DNA from: Deinococcales bacterium
GTDB lineage: Bacteria > Deinococcota > Deinococci > Deinococcales > JAAFIG01
NCBI GenBank assembly: GCA_031414595.1
Contig: JANNVX010000064.1
Coordinates: 9,283 to 73,282, forward strand
Direction of reading: 5' to 3'
Length of the DNA: 64,000 nucleotides
The notes under the pieces were generated by a model, which was not told the origin of the DNA, ran no database searches, and was given only the letters and a program-made list of their open reading frames with translations. Positions within the stretch are counted from its first letter, which is position 1. Each line of letters opens with the position of its first letter. Position numbers and translations under genes: made by a program. Of this stretch, positions 26,058-35,621 are shown piece by piece.

Positions 26058-29000
26058 GCCGCCCCCAGCACCAAATCTATACCTTCCATTAGCCCTTGTG
26101 TTTGCTCGAGGGCAGCCGCCACTTGGCAATAATGGTTTATATCATCAAAGCTCAGTTCGCGTCCTTTGCGGTCTTTAAGCCACTTCTCGAGAACTTGATA
26201 GCCACCAATTCGGGTTTGCCAAAGCTGTTCGGGGATGCCAGCAAAATACTGAGTATCGTTTATCCAAACTTTTTGAGCAGCGTACCGTGGTTTATCCACC
26301 ACATTTAAGCCAGCTTGTGGAAAAGTTACACTGGTCTCGAGTTCGGTGGTCATTAAATGAAGCCCTGATAATTCACGTCCCAAACGCACCAGAGCAACAA
26401 AGGCACTTAAATCTGTGGGCAGTGGAATACGAGGGAAATCTATTTTTAAGAATTCGGCATAACGGCTACGGTATTTGGGGCTGTGCAGAACCGCATAGAT
26501 ATAATGCAGCACATCTTCGGGAGCAAAATTCTGGATTAAATCGCCTAAGCCATCGGGCAGCCACTCGAGACCAAGAATTTGTCCAAGCGCCGCAATAAAT
26601 TTGGGCGAAAGATTGGCTTTGCGCCTCTCTGCCTCGAGTGCCAAGCCTTCGGTATTTGGGTAGAGATAAAGCGGAAAAATTTGTACACCACCACGCATAA
26701 AAACATTTTGGTCTATCGGACTTTTCGAGATTTGAACAAGCGACCAAACAGGGTCATTGACAGCCATTCCTTGGCGACCAATACCAAGACAAAGATTATC
26801 TTGATGAACTACATGTTGTAAAAGTTCACGCCTTGGGCGATCCATCAAAAGATTACTGAAATAACACCACCGTGTATCAAATGGGCGATAGTGGCATTTA
26901 ACAATCGGGGACTGCCAATTTTCATCTTTTCTCAAGGCTGCTCGAGTTGCCTGTAACGTCCAATTACCGCCATTCTTAATCTCATATTGTTGACGCAAAA
27001 CATCATCGCTTTGACTCGAGTCTCGTAAATTCTCAATTCGTTCTTCTATTTCGGATTTATCAAAAGCAATCGCAAAGTTATCACGGTGCGTCTTAAAACC
27101 ATTGGCACTGATTGAAAAAATATCTGGGATACCCCAAAATTCTTGATATTCGACTTGTGCATTTATATCTTGAGGAGAGAACAAATAAAATGGGCTGGCG
27201 GGAAAAATTTCTGTCCATTGGGTGCTTTGTAGGTCGTTTTCCTCGAGCCAAAAGTATTTACCGCCTGTCAATTTGGCATTCTCAGCTTTTCCCTCAAAAA
27301 TCTCGCGTAGACCCCATAAATTGGCATGGTAAACCCGTTTTCCTAGCTCGAGTGGCGGTTTTTTGTTGGGTGGCAATTTGATAAAAAAACCAATTGCCAC
27401 ACCCTGCATAATGTCAAACACATTTTCGTCTTTGCTACCATCTGGGGATGTTTCTTTTTTACGGCTGTTGCCGTGTAAATCCAGAAAATACAATTCGTCA
27501 AAACTGTTTAACAGCGCTTGGCGCATTCCTCTAAAGGTTGGGTTGTCCAAATACCCGTGGTTGGTCACAAATGCCAAAATTCCCGCACCAGTTTTGTCTA
27601 TGCGCCACTGCGAAAAGCGAATAAATTTCACGTAATCATCGTTTAAGTATTTTGAGTTGGCTTCGCCTAGTGGCATTCCATCTATTTCAAAATAATTCGT
27701 GCCAGTCTGGTTATTTAGCGTATCCAAGCCATGCAGCAAGTTGTGAATCCAGTCGCCAGTATTGGCGCTGTGTCCACTGTACGGCGGGTTGCCAAGTACG
27801 ACCATCACGGGGGTATCGCGCTTGATGCTGCTGGCAGCCAAAGATTCTTGTTGTAGCGCGGCGGCAAAAGGCTGGAAGGCTTGGTCCACGCCTCGCGGTT
27901 GCTCGAGCGTGTTGGTCAAAAAAATTCGTACCCGTTCGTCTTTTTGTAGCTTATAACCAGTTCTCGAGAGTAAAAAATCGAGTTTTAAGTGTGCCAAGGT
28001 GTACGGTGCAATTAAGAATTCAAAACCATGCACTCGAGGCAGAATATGGTCTTTGACGTAGCCATTCCACATGCCTTGGTTGTTGCTAAAACCCGCGTAA
28101 ATATGGTTAATCACCCGATGCAAAAAAGTGCCAGTGCCAGTGGCGGGGTCTAGCACTTGGACTTTATGCACGCCGTCTGCGGTTTTACTGGGGTCGGCAA
28201 GCCCGCGCTTTAGGTCAAAACGGGTTTTCAGGATGTTATCTACACTCCGCACGATGTAGCCCACCACGGGTTCTGGGGTGTAATAAACACCGCGTTTTTC
28301 TCGCATGGCTTTGTCGTAAGCCGCTAAAAAAGTTTCGTAAAAATGCAGTACCGGGTCGCCTGCGCCAGTGGTTTTGCCAAGTTCGGTTTTGATGCTTTCC
28401 ATATTGGCACTGTCCAAAACCATTGCGGCTTCCTCGAGCGCCCAAACAAAATCTGGGTGGGCTTCTGCCCCGCCAAAGTAACTAAAAATCTGGGTCAGAA
28501 CCGCATTGCCTCGAATGCCAAGCAAAGGTGTGGCACGGCTAAAGGTGCGCTCCTTAAAATCTGGGGCAAACTGACTAAGTTCACCTAAACTGGTATCGGG
28601 TTCGTCTTGTTGGATTCGGGTCGCAAATAAGCCGTAGGTAAGGGTTTGGGCGTACAAGTCGGCAAATTCTTCTCGGGTTAGTTCGGCAACCAAAATGGTT
28701 TTGACACTTAAAAATTGTTCGGTCAGGGGTTTTTTTAGGAGTTTTAATTCTTCACGCAGCACCCGCCGAATCACCACACGGATTTGCTGAGCGTAATAGG
28801 CTAAACGCATAGCCAGTTCTCTGGCGCTGCCGGCGGCTGGGGTTGGATTCTGGACAAAGGCTTGCAGCAAACTGCTTAGTTCTTCTTCGGCATTGGCTCT
28901 TGGGGTAATGGTTTTCTCAACTAAATCGGCAAGCCGTACAGTGCGGCGCAACTTGCCACGCACATACCACCTGAACTCGAGGTAATCGGATAAAATCAGG

Positions 29001-29284
29001 TTGCCAAGGGCATTGGTGTAACGCTGCCACTGGTCGGTTTTTAAGACCTTATCGAGGTTTACAGCAAGGTCTTTAACCTCGAGATGCCCGACATCCAAGC
29101 TGCCTTTGGAAATAATAAAATCAGGTGCGCCGTAAACTTTTCGTTTGGCTTCGTTGGTGGCTTTATAGCCAGTTAATACCGCCTCGAGTAAATCTTGTAA
29201 GTACGGGCGGTAGGTGTGTTCGGTGGCATCGGCTCGAGCGTAGGCTCGTTTAATCTGGCTTAGGTACTCTGCGATTTCGGACAT
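26054..29284 (-). CDS. Single-chain type IIG/ISP-like restriction-modification enzyme (nuclease, N6-adenine MTase, Type_ISP_C-like TRD)
   Basis: ATEHTYR, PDF...HLEVK nuclease motif, LDPATGTGTF (motif I), GNPPY (motif IV), YRPFD, DFPRIP and IGGYQVLEKWLKDRK. TAGACT lies 5 nt before ATG 29284. Confidence 0.9.
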   Translation of the reverse strand: MSEIAEYLSQIKRAYARADATEHTYRPYLQDLLEAVLTGYKATNEAKRKVYGAPDFIISKGSLDVGHLEVKDLAVNLDKVLKTDQWQRYTNALGNLILSDYLEFRWYVRGKLRRTVRLADLVEKTITPRANAEEELSSLLQAFVQNPTPAAGSARELAMRLAYYAQQIRVVIRRVLREELKLLKKPLTEQFLSVKTILVAELTREEFADLYAQTLTYGLFATRIQQDEPDTSLGELSQFAPDFKERTFSRATPLLGIRGNAVLTQIFSYFGGAEAHPDFVWALEEAAMVLDSANMESIKTELGKTTGAGDPVLHFYETFLAAYDKAMREKRGVYYTPEPVVGYIVRSVDNILKTRFDLKRGLADPSKTADGVHKVQVLDPATGTGTFLHRVINHIYAGFSNNQGMWNGYVKDHILPRVHGFEFLIAPYTLAHLKLDFLLSRTGYKLQKDERVRIFLTNTLEQPRGVDQAFQPFAAALQQESLAASSIKRDTPVMVVLGNPPYSGHSANTGDWIHNLLHGLDTLNNQTGTNYFEIDGMPLGEANSKYLNDDYVKFIRFSQWRIDKTGAGILAFVTNHGYLDNPTFRGMRQALLNSFDELYFLDLHGNSRKKETSPDGSKDENVFDIMQGVAIGFFIKLPPNKKPPLELGKRVYHANLWGLREIFEGKAENAKLTGGKYFWLEENDLQSTQWTEIFPASPFYLFSPQDINAQVEYQEFWGIPDIFSISANGFKTHRDNFAIAFDKSEIEERIENLRDSSQSDDVLRQQYEIKNGGNWTLQATRAALRKDENWQSPIVKCHYRPFDTRWCYFSNLLMDRPRRELLQHVVHQDNLCLGIGRQGMAVNDPVWSLVQISKSPIDQNVFMRGGVQIFPLYLYPNTEGLALEAERRKANLSPKFIAALGQILGLEWLPDGLGDLIQNFAPEDVLHYIYAVLHSPKYRSRYAEFLKIDFPRIPLPTDLSAFVALVRLGRELSGLHLMTTELETSVTFPQAGLNVVDKPRYAAQKVWINDTQYFAGIPEQLWQTRIGGYQVLEKWLKDRKGRELSFDDINHYCQVAAALEQTQGLMEGIDLVLGAA

Positions 29285-29432
29285 AGAGCAGTCTACCAAA
29301 AGCACTTGGGGCTTTGGCTTCTTCCTTTTATATTGCTGCGTATTCTCTGGGCTGCCGAGGCTCGAGCCGATAAAACCCAAGAACCCTTGTAGCCCACAAA
29401 TACGGTGCTGTGACGCTTCATGGGTATCTGAC

Positions 29433-30185
29433 CTAAAAACTGGCGATGCGGGCTTTGTATTGCCCTTCGTCGTCTATTAACATCTCGAGGTACTGGCGCT
29501 TCTCGAGGGCATCAATCATCGCAAAACCACTTTCTAAATCAAGCACAATCCCGTCTTTCATGACCGTATGCCCGTAGACCCCAAAGGCATGACCCGCGTC
29601 TTTGACATAAAATGGTTTTTCGTGCCACCAATGTTTAGAATCACGGTCATTGTAAAAAAAGTCATCAAAGTACATCATCCCCGGCAGTGGTCCTGCGTGG
29701 GAAAAATGGACACCTTCGATGCGAATATAACGCTGGAAACTTTTTATCCATTCTTGTAAATCTTCTGGGAGCGGTGTACCGCCCTTGCTTGGGTCAAATT
29801 CGGCATGGATGACACCCATTGCATTGCCCAGTAAGAACTTATGCTCGAGCGCGGCATCGTCGTGATTACCCAGAATAATTTCGACGTTGCCACCAGATTT
29901 TTCGACAAATTCTTTAATCTTATAAAGTTCTCGAGTTTGCGCCCTAGAAGCACTTTTTAAGTGGTCGGGGTTGCGAAAATCATACCCTTCACGCCCGGTC
30001 AGTTCTTCATAGCGAACTGTGGTTTTAGGATGAACCAAGTCACCCATTAAAATCACGCGGTAGCGTCCGTCGAGGACTGGTGGGGTGGGGTTGCCGTGAG
30101 CATCCATTGCAAACGAGGCTTTGAGCGCTCCGTAAAGCAAGCCCCAATCTGTGTGGACATCTCCGATGGCGATAACTTTGACCAT
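29433..30185 (-). CDS. Calcineurin-like metallophosphoesterase
   Basis: GDVH, GDLVH, GNHD, HAG and GHT motifs. Confidence 0.85.
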   Translation of the reverse strand: MVKVIAIGDVHTDWGLLYGALKASFAMDAHGNPTPPVLDGRYRVILMGDLVHPKTTVRYEELTGREGYDFRNPDHLKSASRAQTRELYKIKEFVEKSGGNVEIILGNHDDAALEHKFLLGNAMGVIHAEFDPSKGGTPLPEDLQEWIKSFQRYIRIEGVHFSHAGPLPGMMYFDDFFYNDRDSKHWWHEKPFYVKDAGHAFGVYGHTVMKDGIVLDLESGFAMIDALEKRQYLEMLIDDEGQYKARIASF

Positions 30186-30344
30186 GTTCTACCATTCTAC
30201 TCATACTGGGGGGTATATCGCAAAGACCCTTGAGTGGGGGACGAAAATACGCCCGGTATGAAAAACTTCACATTCAAACAAAATTACAGTGCATTTTTTG
30301 AACTGTGTTATCAGCCTATATCTTGGAGTATGATGCCAAGCCAC

Positions 30345-31337
30345 ATGAACTCGAGTTTTGTTGGTTTGACCGCACTTGGCACATATGTCCCCGAGGAAAT
30401 CGTCACCAACGATGATTTAAGAAAGCGCGGCGTAGAAACGTCCGATGAGTGGATTCAATCTCGGACTGGAATAAAAGAACGGCGTTTTGCTCGAGAAGAC
30501 GAATTTACCAGCCATCTGTGTATTGGTGCAGTCGAGAATCTTGTGGCGCGGTACGGAGCAAAGGTACTCGAGGGCGTGGATATGGTGATTGTCGCAACCA
30601 GTACCCCAGATGCGCTTTTTCCACAAACCGCCGCACTGGTTCAAAATCATTTTAAGTTAAATGCTGGAGCATTTGATTTACTGGCAGCTTGCCCGGGCTG
30701 GATATACGCCTTGTCGGTGGCGGCTGCCTATACCAAAAGTGGGATTCGTAAAAAAGTCTTGGCAATTGGGGCAGAGGCTTTAACCAAAATCCTTGATTGG
30801 TCTGACCGCACGACACTGGTGCTGTTTGGCGACGGGGCATGTGCTGGGATTGTCGAGGTCGTGCCAGAAGGTTACGGCTTTAAGAGCTTTGTACTGGGCG
30901 CAGATGGCGAAGGCGGCAAACACTTAAATATGCGTTGTATCAATAAAACCTTACCAGACGGTAATCCGTTGTCTGAATTTGTGTCCATGAACGGACGCGA
31001 AGTCTTTAAGTTTGCCGTGCGAGTGATGCACACCGCCACCAAACAAGCGGTTAGTGAAGCTGGCTTAGAACTAAAAGACATTGCCCAGTTTATTCCGCAC
31101 CAAGCCAATTACCGAATTATAGATGCCGCCCGTGAATACCTCGAGTTACCCGAAGACCGCGTGGTCGCCAACGTAGACCGTTACGGCAACACCAGTGCTG
31201 CCAGTATTGGTTTGGCGCTGCGTGAAGCCATAGATGACGGTCGAATCAAAGACGGGCATCACCTTTTACTGGTGACGTTTGGAGCGGGTTTAACCTGGGC
31301 TGCCAGCGTGATTACATGGCATGAAAAGACGTTTTAG
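30345..31337 (+). CDS. fabH: 3-oxoacyl-ACP synthase III
   Basis: AACPG (Cys), PHQAN and GNTSAAS catalytic triad; start position uncertain. Confidence 0.95.
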   Translation: MNSSFVGLTALGTYVPEEIVTNDDLRKRGVETSDEWIQSRTGIKERRFAREDEFTSHLCIGAVENLVARYGAKVLEGVDMVIVATSTPDALFPQTAALVQNHFKLNAGAFDLLAACPGWIYALSVAAAYTKSGIRKKVLAIGAEALTKILDWSDRTTLVLFGDGACAGIVEVVPEGYGFKSFVLGADGEGGKHLNMRCINKTLPDGNPLSEFVSMNGREVFKFAVRVMHTATKQAVSEAGLELKDIAQFIPHQANYRIIDAAREYLELPEDRVVANVDRYGNTSAASIGLALREAIDDGRIKDGHHLLLVTFGAGLTWAASVITWHEKTF

Positions 31338-32074
31338 TGCAGTTTAGTTTACTCGAGTGGGTCTTGTTGGGGCTTGGTGCATTGATTGCCGGTTCGAGCA
31401 AAGGCGGATTACCGGGGATTAACACCTTAGCCGTGGTTTTTTTTATACAGGTGCTACCCGCCAAAATTGCGACGGGCGCACTCCTACCGCTTTTAATTGC
31501 GGCTGATGTGGTGGCAGTGCTGCTTTTTCGCAATTCTGCCAATTGGCGTGAACTGTGGCGAATTTTTCCAAGTACCGCCGTCGGTGTGGTCTTGGGGGCG
31601 TTATTGCTTGGGCAAATAGATGATGCTGTAGTCAAGCCTCTGGTTGGCATTATTGTCTTGATTTTATGTGCTTTGCAATTCTGGCGTTCAAAAAACGCTG
31701 GCGCGGGCTTAGACTTGGTGCAACACCCTGTTACGGCTGCCTCGGCGGGTATCATTGCAGGGTTTACGACCCTGATTGCCAATGCTGCGGGTCCAATCAT
31801 GACGCTTTATTTACTGGCAATGCGTTTACCAAAAAACGAATTTGTTGGCACGACCGCCTGGTTTTTCTTTGTGGTCAATTTATTCAAGTTGCCTTTTATG
31901 CTTGGGCTTGGACTTATCAATGTCCAAAGTTTAGAACTGAACTTATATTTAATTCCTGTTGTGATACTGGGTGTTTTTATTGGCAGATTCGCCATGCAAA
32001 AACTCGAGCAGAAAACCTTTAATAACCTTGCGCTGATACTGGCTTTTCTGGGTGGATTACGGCTGCTTTTTTAA
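31337..32074 (+). CDS. TauE/SafE family membrane exporter
   Basis: Repeated G..AG.SKGG / AGFTT.IANAAGP motifs and about 8 TM helices. Confidence 0.85.
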   Translation: MQFSLLEWVLLGLGALIAGSSKGGLPGINTLAVVFFIQVLPAKIATGALLPLLIAADVVAVLLFRNSANWRELWRIFPSTAVGVVLGALLLGQIDDAVVKPLVGIIVLILCALQFWRSKNAGAGLDLVQHPVTAASAGIIAGFTTLIANAAGPIMTLYLLAMRLPKNEFVGTTAWFFFVVNLFKLPFMLGLGLINVQSLELNLYLIPVVILGVFIGRFAMQKLEQKTFNNLALILAFLGGLRLLF

Positions 32075-33199
32075 CCACTCGAGAATCTCGGTGCGGTGTT
32101 CGTCTAACCTCGGTGGGGCTTTTGTAATCGGTAAAGAAGCACCATTAAATTCAAAAGGAGGTTTGGTCAAACGAACCTGACCTAATTCTGGATGCTGGAC
32201 ACACTGCACCACACCTCGAGAAACCGCCCAGTCTGACTCGAGAACCTGACCGACACTCCAAACCGCGCCACAAGGCACACCTGAGCCTTGCAGAAGTTCA
32301 ATTGCTGCCTCGCTCGAGAAACGAACCAAATGCGCTTCTAAATGTTGTGTTAGCTCGAGACGATGGATTAAACGCTGTTCGTTTGTAGCAAATTGTGGCT
32401 CGAGTAAATCTGAGGCGTTCAGGGCAGCACAAAGTTTTTGGTACAAGACATCATTGCCACAAGCGATATTCACAAAACCATCCATTGTTTTATACGTTCC
32501 ATACGGCACAATACTGCGGTGTTCATTGCCGAGGCGTTCAGCATCTTCACCAGCATTTAAGTAGCGACTATTCTGATACGTGCCGAGCGCCACCATACTC
32601 TCGAGCAGATTGATTTCAATCTGTTTGCCCAAGCCGGTGCGCTCACGCTCATACAGCGCTGCCAGAATCGCTTGGGTGGCAAGCGAACCCGCAAAAATAT
32701 CGGCGATGGCTACCCCAGCCTTTTGTGGCAGACCGTTTGGTTCGCCAGTGTAACTCATAAAACCACTCATGCCTTGGGCGATTAAGTCATAACCCGCCCA
32801 ATCTTTTAACGTGCCACTCGAGCCAAAACCAGAAATACTACACCTAATCAAACGCGGATTTTTGGTTTGAATCCCTAGTTTCTCGAGGGTTTTCGGACGG
32901 TAATTCTCCACCAGCACATCGGCAGCATCAACAATTTGTTGGGCAATCTCGAGGTCAGACGGGTTTTTCAAGTCCAAGGCAATACTGCGTTTATTGCGAT
33001 TTGCTGACAAAAAATAGGTGGCTTCTCTTATCCCATTGTTCTCGAGCCAAGGCGCACCCCACGCCCTTGTGTCATCGCCGTTTGGAGGTTCGATTTTAAT
33101 GACATCCGCGCCCAAATCGCCTAGGGTTTGGGTGCAGTAAGGACCCGTTAAAACCCGGGTAAAATCGGCAACCACAATGCCAGATAAAGGAAGATTCAT
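32057..33199 (-). CDS. CaiB/BaiF family III CoA-transferase
   Basis: DFTRVLTGPY, LGADVIKIEPP, NRNKRS and GYD. Confidence 0.93.
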   Translation of the reverse strand: MNLPLSGIVVADFTRVLTGPYCTQTLGDLGADVIKIEPPNGDDTRAWGAPWLENNGIREATYFLSANRNKRSIALDLKNPSDLEIAQQIVDAADVLVENYRPKTLEKLGIQTKNPRLIRCSISGFGSSGTLKDWAGYDLIAQGMSGFMSYTGEPNGLPQKAGVAIADIFAGSLATQAILAALYERERTGLGKQIEINLLESMVALGTYQNSRYLNAGEDAERLGNEHRSIVPYGTYKTMDGFVNIACGNDVLYQKLCAALNASDLLEPQFATNEQRLIHRLELTQHLEAHLVRFSSEAAIELLQGSGVPCGAVWSVGQVLESDWAVSRGVVQCVQHPELGQVRLTKPPFEFNGASLPITKAPPRLDEHRTEILEWLKKQP

Positions 33200-34164
33200 A
33201 TGTCCAGCGCCATAAAAGCCGTTTCGAGTTCGGCAGGGGACGCACCCCTCGCCAGCAGCACCAACAACAGAATTCGGGCTTTATGGGCATTCAAAAACGA
33301 AGCTGGAATCGCCCCAAGTTGACGCAGTTGCTTCCCTCCGCCCTCGTAGCCATAAATCGGTAGAATCGCGCCCGTGTGGGTGCGGGTGGCAATCACAATC
33401 GGTTTGGTGGCGTGGCGAATAATCGGCACAACATCGGGTGGAACATTGCCTGTGCCGAGCGCCGCAATCACCACCCCCGAAGCTCGAGAGAGCGCAGCTT
33501 CTAAGCCCTCACCGCCCCAACCCGCATAGGCATAGACAATTTCGACTCTGGCATCCACATGCTCTATAACTTGTGGGACTCGAGGCTCTGGACGGGCAAA
33601 ATAGGAAATCATGGCTTGAGCCGACAAAAAATCCACTCGCCCAATCGGACCAGGATAACCTCCAAACGCCTCGAGCCGCGTCGTATCGGTTTTGGTGACG
33701 GTACGGGCATCAAAAATATCACCCGCAAAAACCACCAACGCCCCACGGCTTTTGGAACGCGGCTCGAGTGCCACATGTGCGGCTGCCAGAACATTACCGG
33801 GTCCATCCCAAGAGGCTTCTTCGGCATGACGCATACTGCCAGTTAGAACCACAGGCACAGTCGTATTAAGTGTTAGATGCAAGAAAAAAGCAGTCTCCTC
33901 GAGTGTATCCGTGCCATGTGTGACCACAATTCCATCATGATTTTGTGCCACTGCCTGAATTAAATCGCGAAGCTCGAGCATGTGCTTTGGGGTGACATGC
34001 GGACTGGGCAAATTGAATGGTTGAAACACCGAAATCTTAAACTGCTCGAGTTGTGGTAAAGCAAGAAGTAAATCCTGCACGGCATTGGCGGGGATTAAAG
34101 AACCGCTCGAGTCGGTGCGACTGGCGATTGTGCCACCTGTTTGAATGATTGCAAGGCGTTTCAT
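33196..34164 (-). CDS. L-asparaginase/glutaminase family
   Basis: TGGTIAS and HGTDTLEE signature motifs. Confidence 0.92.
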   Translation of the reverse strand: MKRLAIIQTGGTIASRTDSSGSLIPANAVQDLLLALPQLEQFKISVFQPFNLPSPHVTPKHMLELRDLIQAVAQNHDGIVVTHGTDTLEETAFFLHLTLNTTVPVVLTGSMRHAEEASWDGPGNVLAAAHVALEPRSKSRGALVVFAGDIFDARTVTKTDTTRLEAFGGYPGPIGRVDFLSAQAMISYFARPEPRVPQVIEHVDARVEIVYAYAGWGGEGLEAALSRASGVVIAALGTGNVPPDVVPIIRHATKPIVIATRTHTGAILPIYGYEGGGKQLRQLGAIPASFLNAHKARILLLVLLARGASPAELETAFMALDI

Positions 34165-34195
34165 GATGCGATTAGCATACGGTACAGTAACCCCA

Positions 34196-35515
34196 ATGCG
34201 GCAACTTCCGACTGGTTTTCTAAAACGAATGCAGAGCCTTTTAGGGACTGAATTTACAGCTTTTCAAAGCGAATTAGGCACAAGTGAACGGCAGTACGCG
34301 ATTCGTGCCAATGCCCTTAAAATCTCTCGAGAAACCTTAGCCTTTAAGTTGGGCTTAACCGAAAATGTGCCTTGGTCAGATACAGGTTTGTACGCCACTC
34401 GAGAAGCGCGACTTGGCGCTCACCCACTGCACCACGCTGGGGCATATTACGTCCAAGAACCCAGCGCTCAAGCGGTCGCCTTGGCGCTGGATGTTCAGCC
34501 AAATTTGCGGGTCTTAGATTTGTGTGCTGCCCCAGGCGGTAAAAGCACCCACTTAGCTGCTTTGATGCAAAACCAAGGGGTGTTGGTTTGCAATGAAATC
34601 AGTGCCACGAGAGCTAGAGCCTTAAGCGAAAATCTCGAGCGCTTGGGCTGCATCGGGATTGTGACCAACGAAGAACCCGCCAGACTTGCCCAAAAATGGG
34701 GCGCAACCTTTGACCGTGTACTTGTAGACGCGCCATGTAGCGGCGAAGGGATGTTTCGTAAGCATAATGCCGCCATAGAAAGCTGGTCAGAAGCGCATGT
34801 GGTGACTTGTGCGGTGCGCCAAAACTTAATTCTCGAGAATGCGGCGGCACTGCTCAACAATGATGGGATACTGGTCTACAGCACCTGTACTTTTGCAGTT
34901 GAGGAAAACGAAGATGTCATCACGGCATTTCTCGAGCAACACCCAGAATTTAGTCTCGAGCCAATACAGGGATTTAAGGCTGGAATCGGTGGTATTGGCT
35001 CGAGATTGTATCCACATTTGCTTCGTGGCGAAGGGCATTTTCTGGCACGGCTTCGTAAAAATGGGCTTGCTGAGGTGAGCGAGGCATACTATCTTGACCC
35101 TACAGTTAAGGACAAAAAACCATTTGCCGAATTTGCTCGAGAATTTGCAATTCCAGACGGCATTGCTCTCGAGTTTCGTCAAGAGATTCATATGGCACAC
35201 CCAAACAGCCCGAGTCTCGAGGGAATACGGGCGTTGCGGGCTGGGATTCCAGTAGCGCACCTCGAGAAAAACCGTCTTGAACCACATCATGCCTTGTCTC
35301 GAGTGACAAAAAATTATACCAATACAGTAGAACTCGAGGATTCAGAAATCATTGCGTACTTACGCGGCGAAACGATAACTCGAGACGGAAAAGCTGGTTG
35401 GGTTTTACTCGAGACTGGCGGTTTAGCCCTCAGTTGGGGTAAACAGGTTGGCAGTGTTATTAAAAATCATTATCCGAAGCATTTACGTGGCAATGCGTTA
35501 CTACTCGAGGATTGA
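34196..35515 (+). CDS. rsmF: 16S rRNA m5C methyltransferase RsmF-like
   Basis: YYVQEPSA, DLCAAPGGKS, DAPCSGEG, YSTCT and C-terminal KNHYPK. TACAGT lies 7 nt before ATG 34196. Confidence 0.88.
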   Translation: MRQLPTGFLKRMQSLLGTEFTAFQSELGTSERQYAIRANALKISRETLAFKLGLTENVPWSDTGLYATREARLGAHPLHHAGAYYVQEPSAQAVALALDVQPNLRVLDLCAAPGGKSTHLAALMQNQGVLVCNEISATRARALSENLERLGCIGIVTNEEPARLAQKWGATFDRVLVDAPCSGEGMFRKHNAAIESWSEAHVVTCAVRQNLILENAAALLNNDGILVYSTCTFAVEENEDVITAFLEQHPEFSLEPIQGFKAGIGGIGSRLYPHLLRGEGHFLARLRKNGLAEVSEAYYLDPTVKDKKPFAEFAREFAIPDGIALEFRQEIHMAHPNSPSLEGIRALRAGIPVAHLEKNRLEPHHALSRVTKNYTNTVELEDSEIIAYLRGETITRDGKAGWVLLETGGLALSWGKQVGSVIKNHYPKHLRGNALLLED

Positions 35516-35546
35516 ACTCAGTCCACTCGAGGATTGAACTCAGTCC
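35503..35546 (+). repeat. 22-bp perfect tandem duplication spanning the rsmF stop
   Basis: actcgaggattgaactcagtcc twice, followed by a partial aggattga. Confidence 0.9.
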
Positions 35547-35621
35547 AAGGATTGAGAAGATAAAACCACCACCTCAAAAATAGCGTAGACTAGCCTTCGA
35601 TTCACAAATAAGGAGAGGTGT

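Noticed and set aside
26054-29284. This R-M enzyme as the methylase behind the CTCGAG enrichment
   Set aside because: Type IIG/ISP-like enzymes generally recognise asymmetric sites, the locus looks accessory, and nothing in the sequence links it to CTCGAG. Only methylome data could establish this.
23989-29430. Integrative element or prophage with att sites at tRNA-Arg
   Set aside because: I found no duplicated tRNA 3' end, integrase or phage genes in the window, so it is reported only as a tRNA-adjacent defence pair.
29433-30185. Non-canonical GDLVHPK motif as a sign of a novel phosphatase class
   Set aside because: The other metal-binding motifs are standard, and I cannot judge novelty without a profile search.
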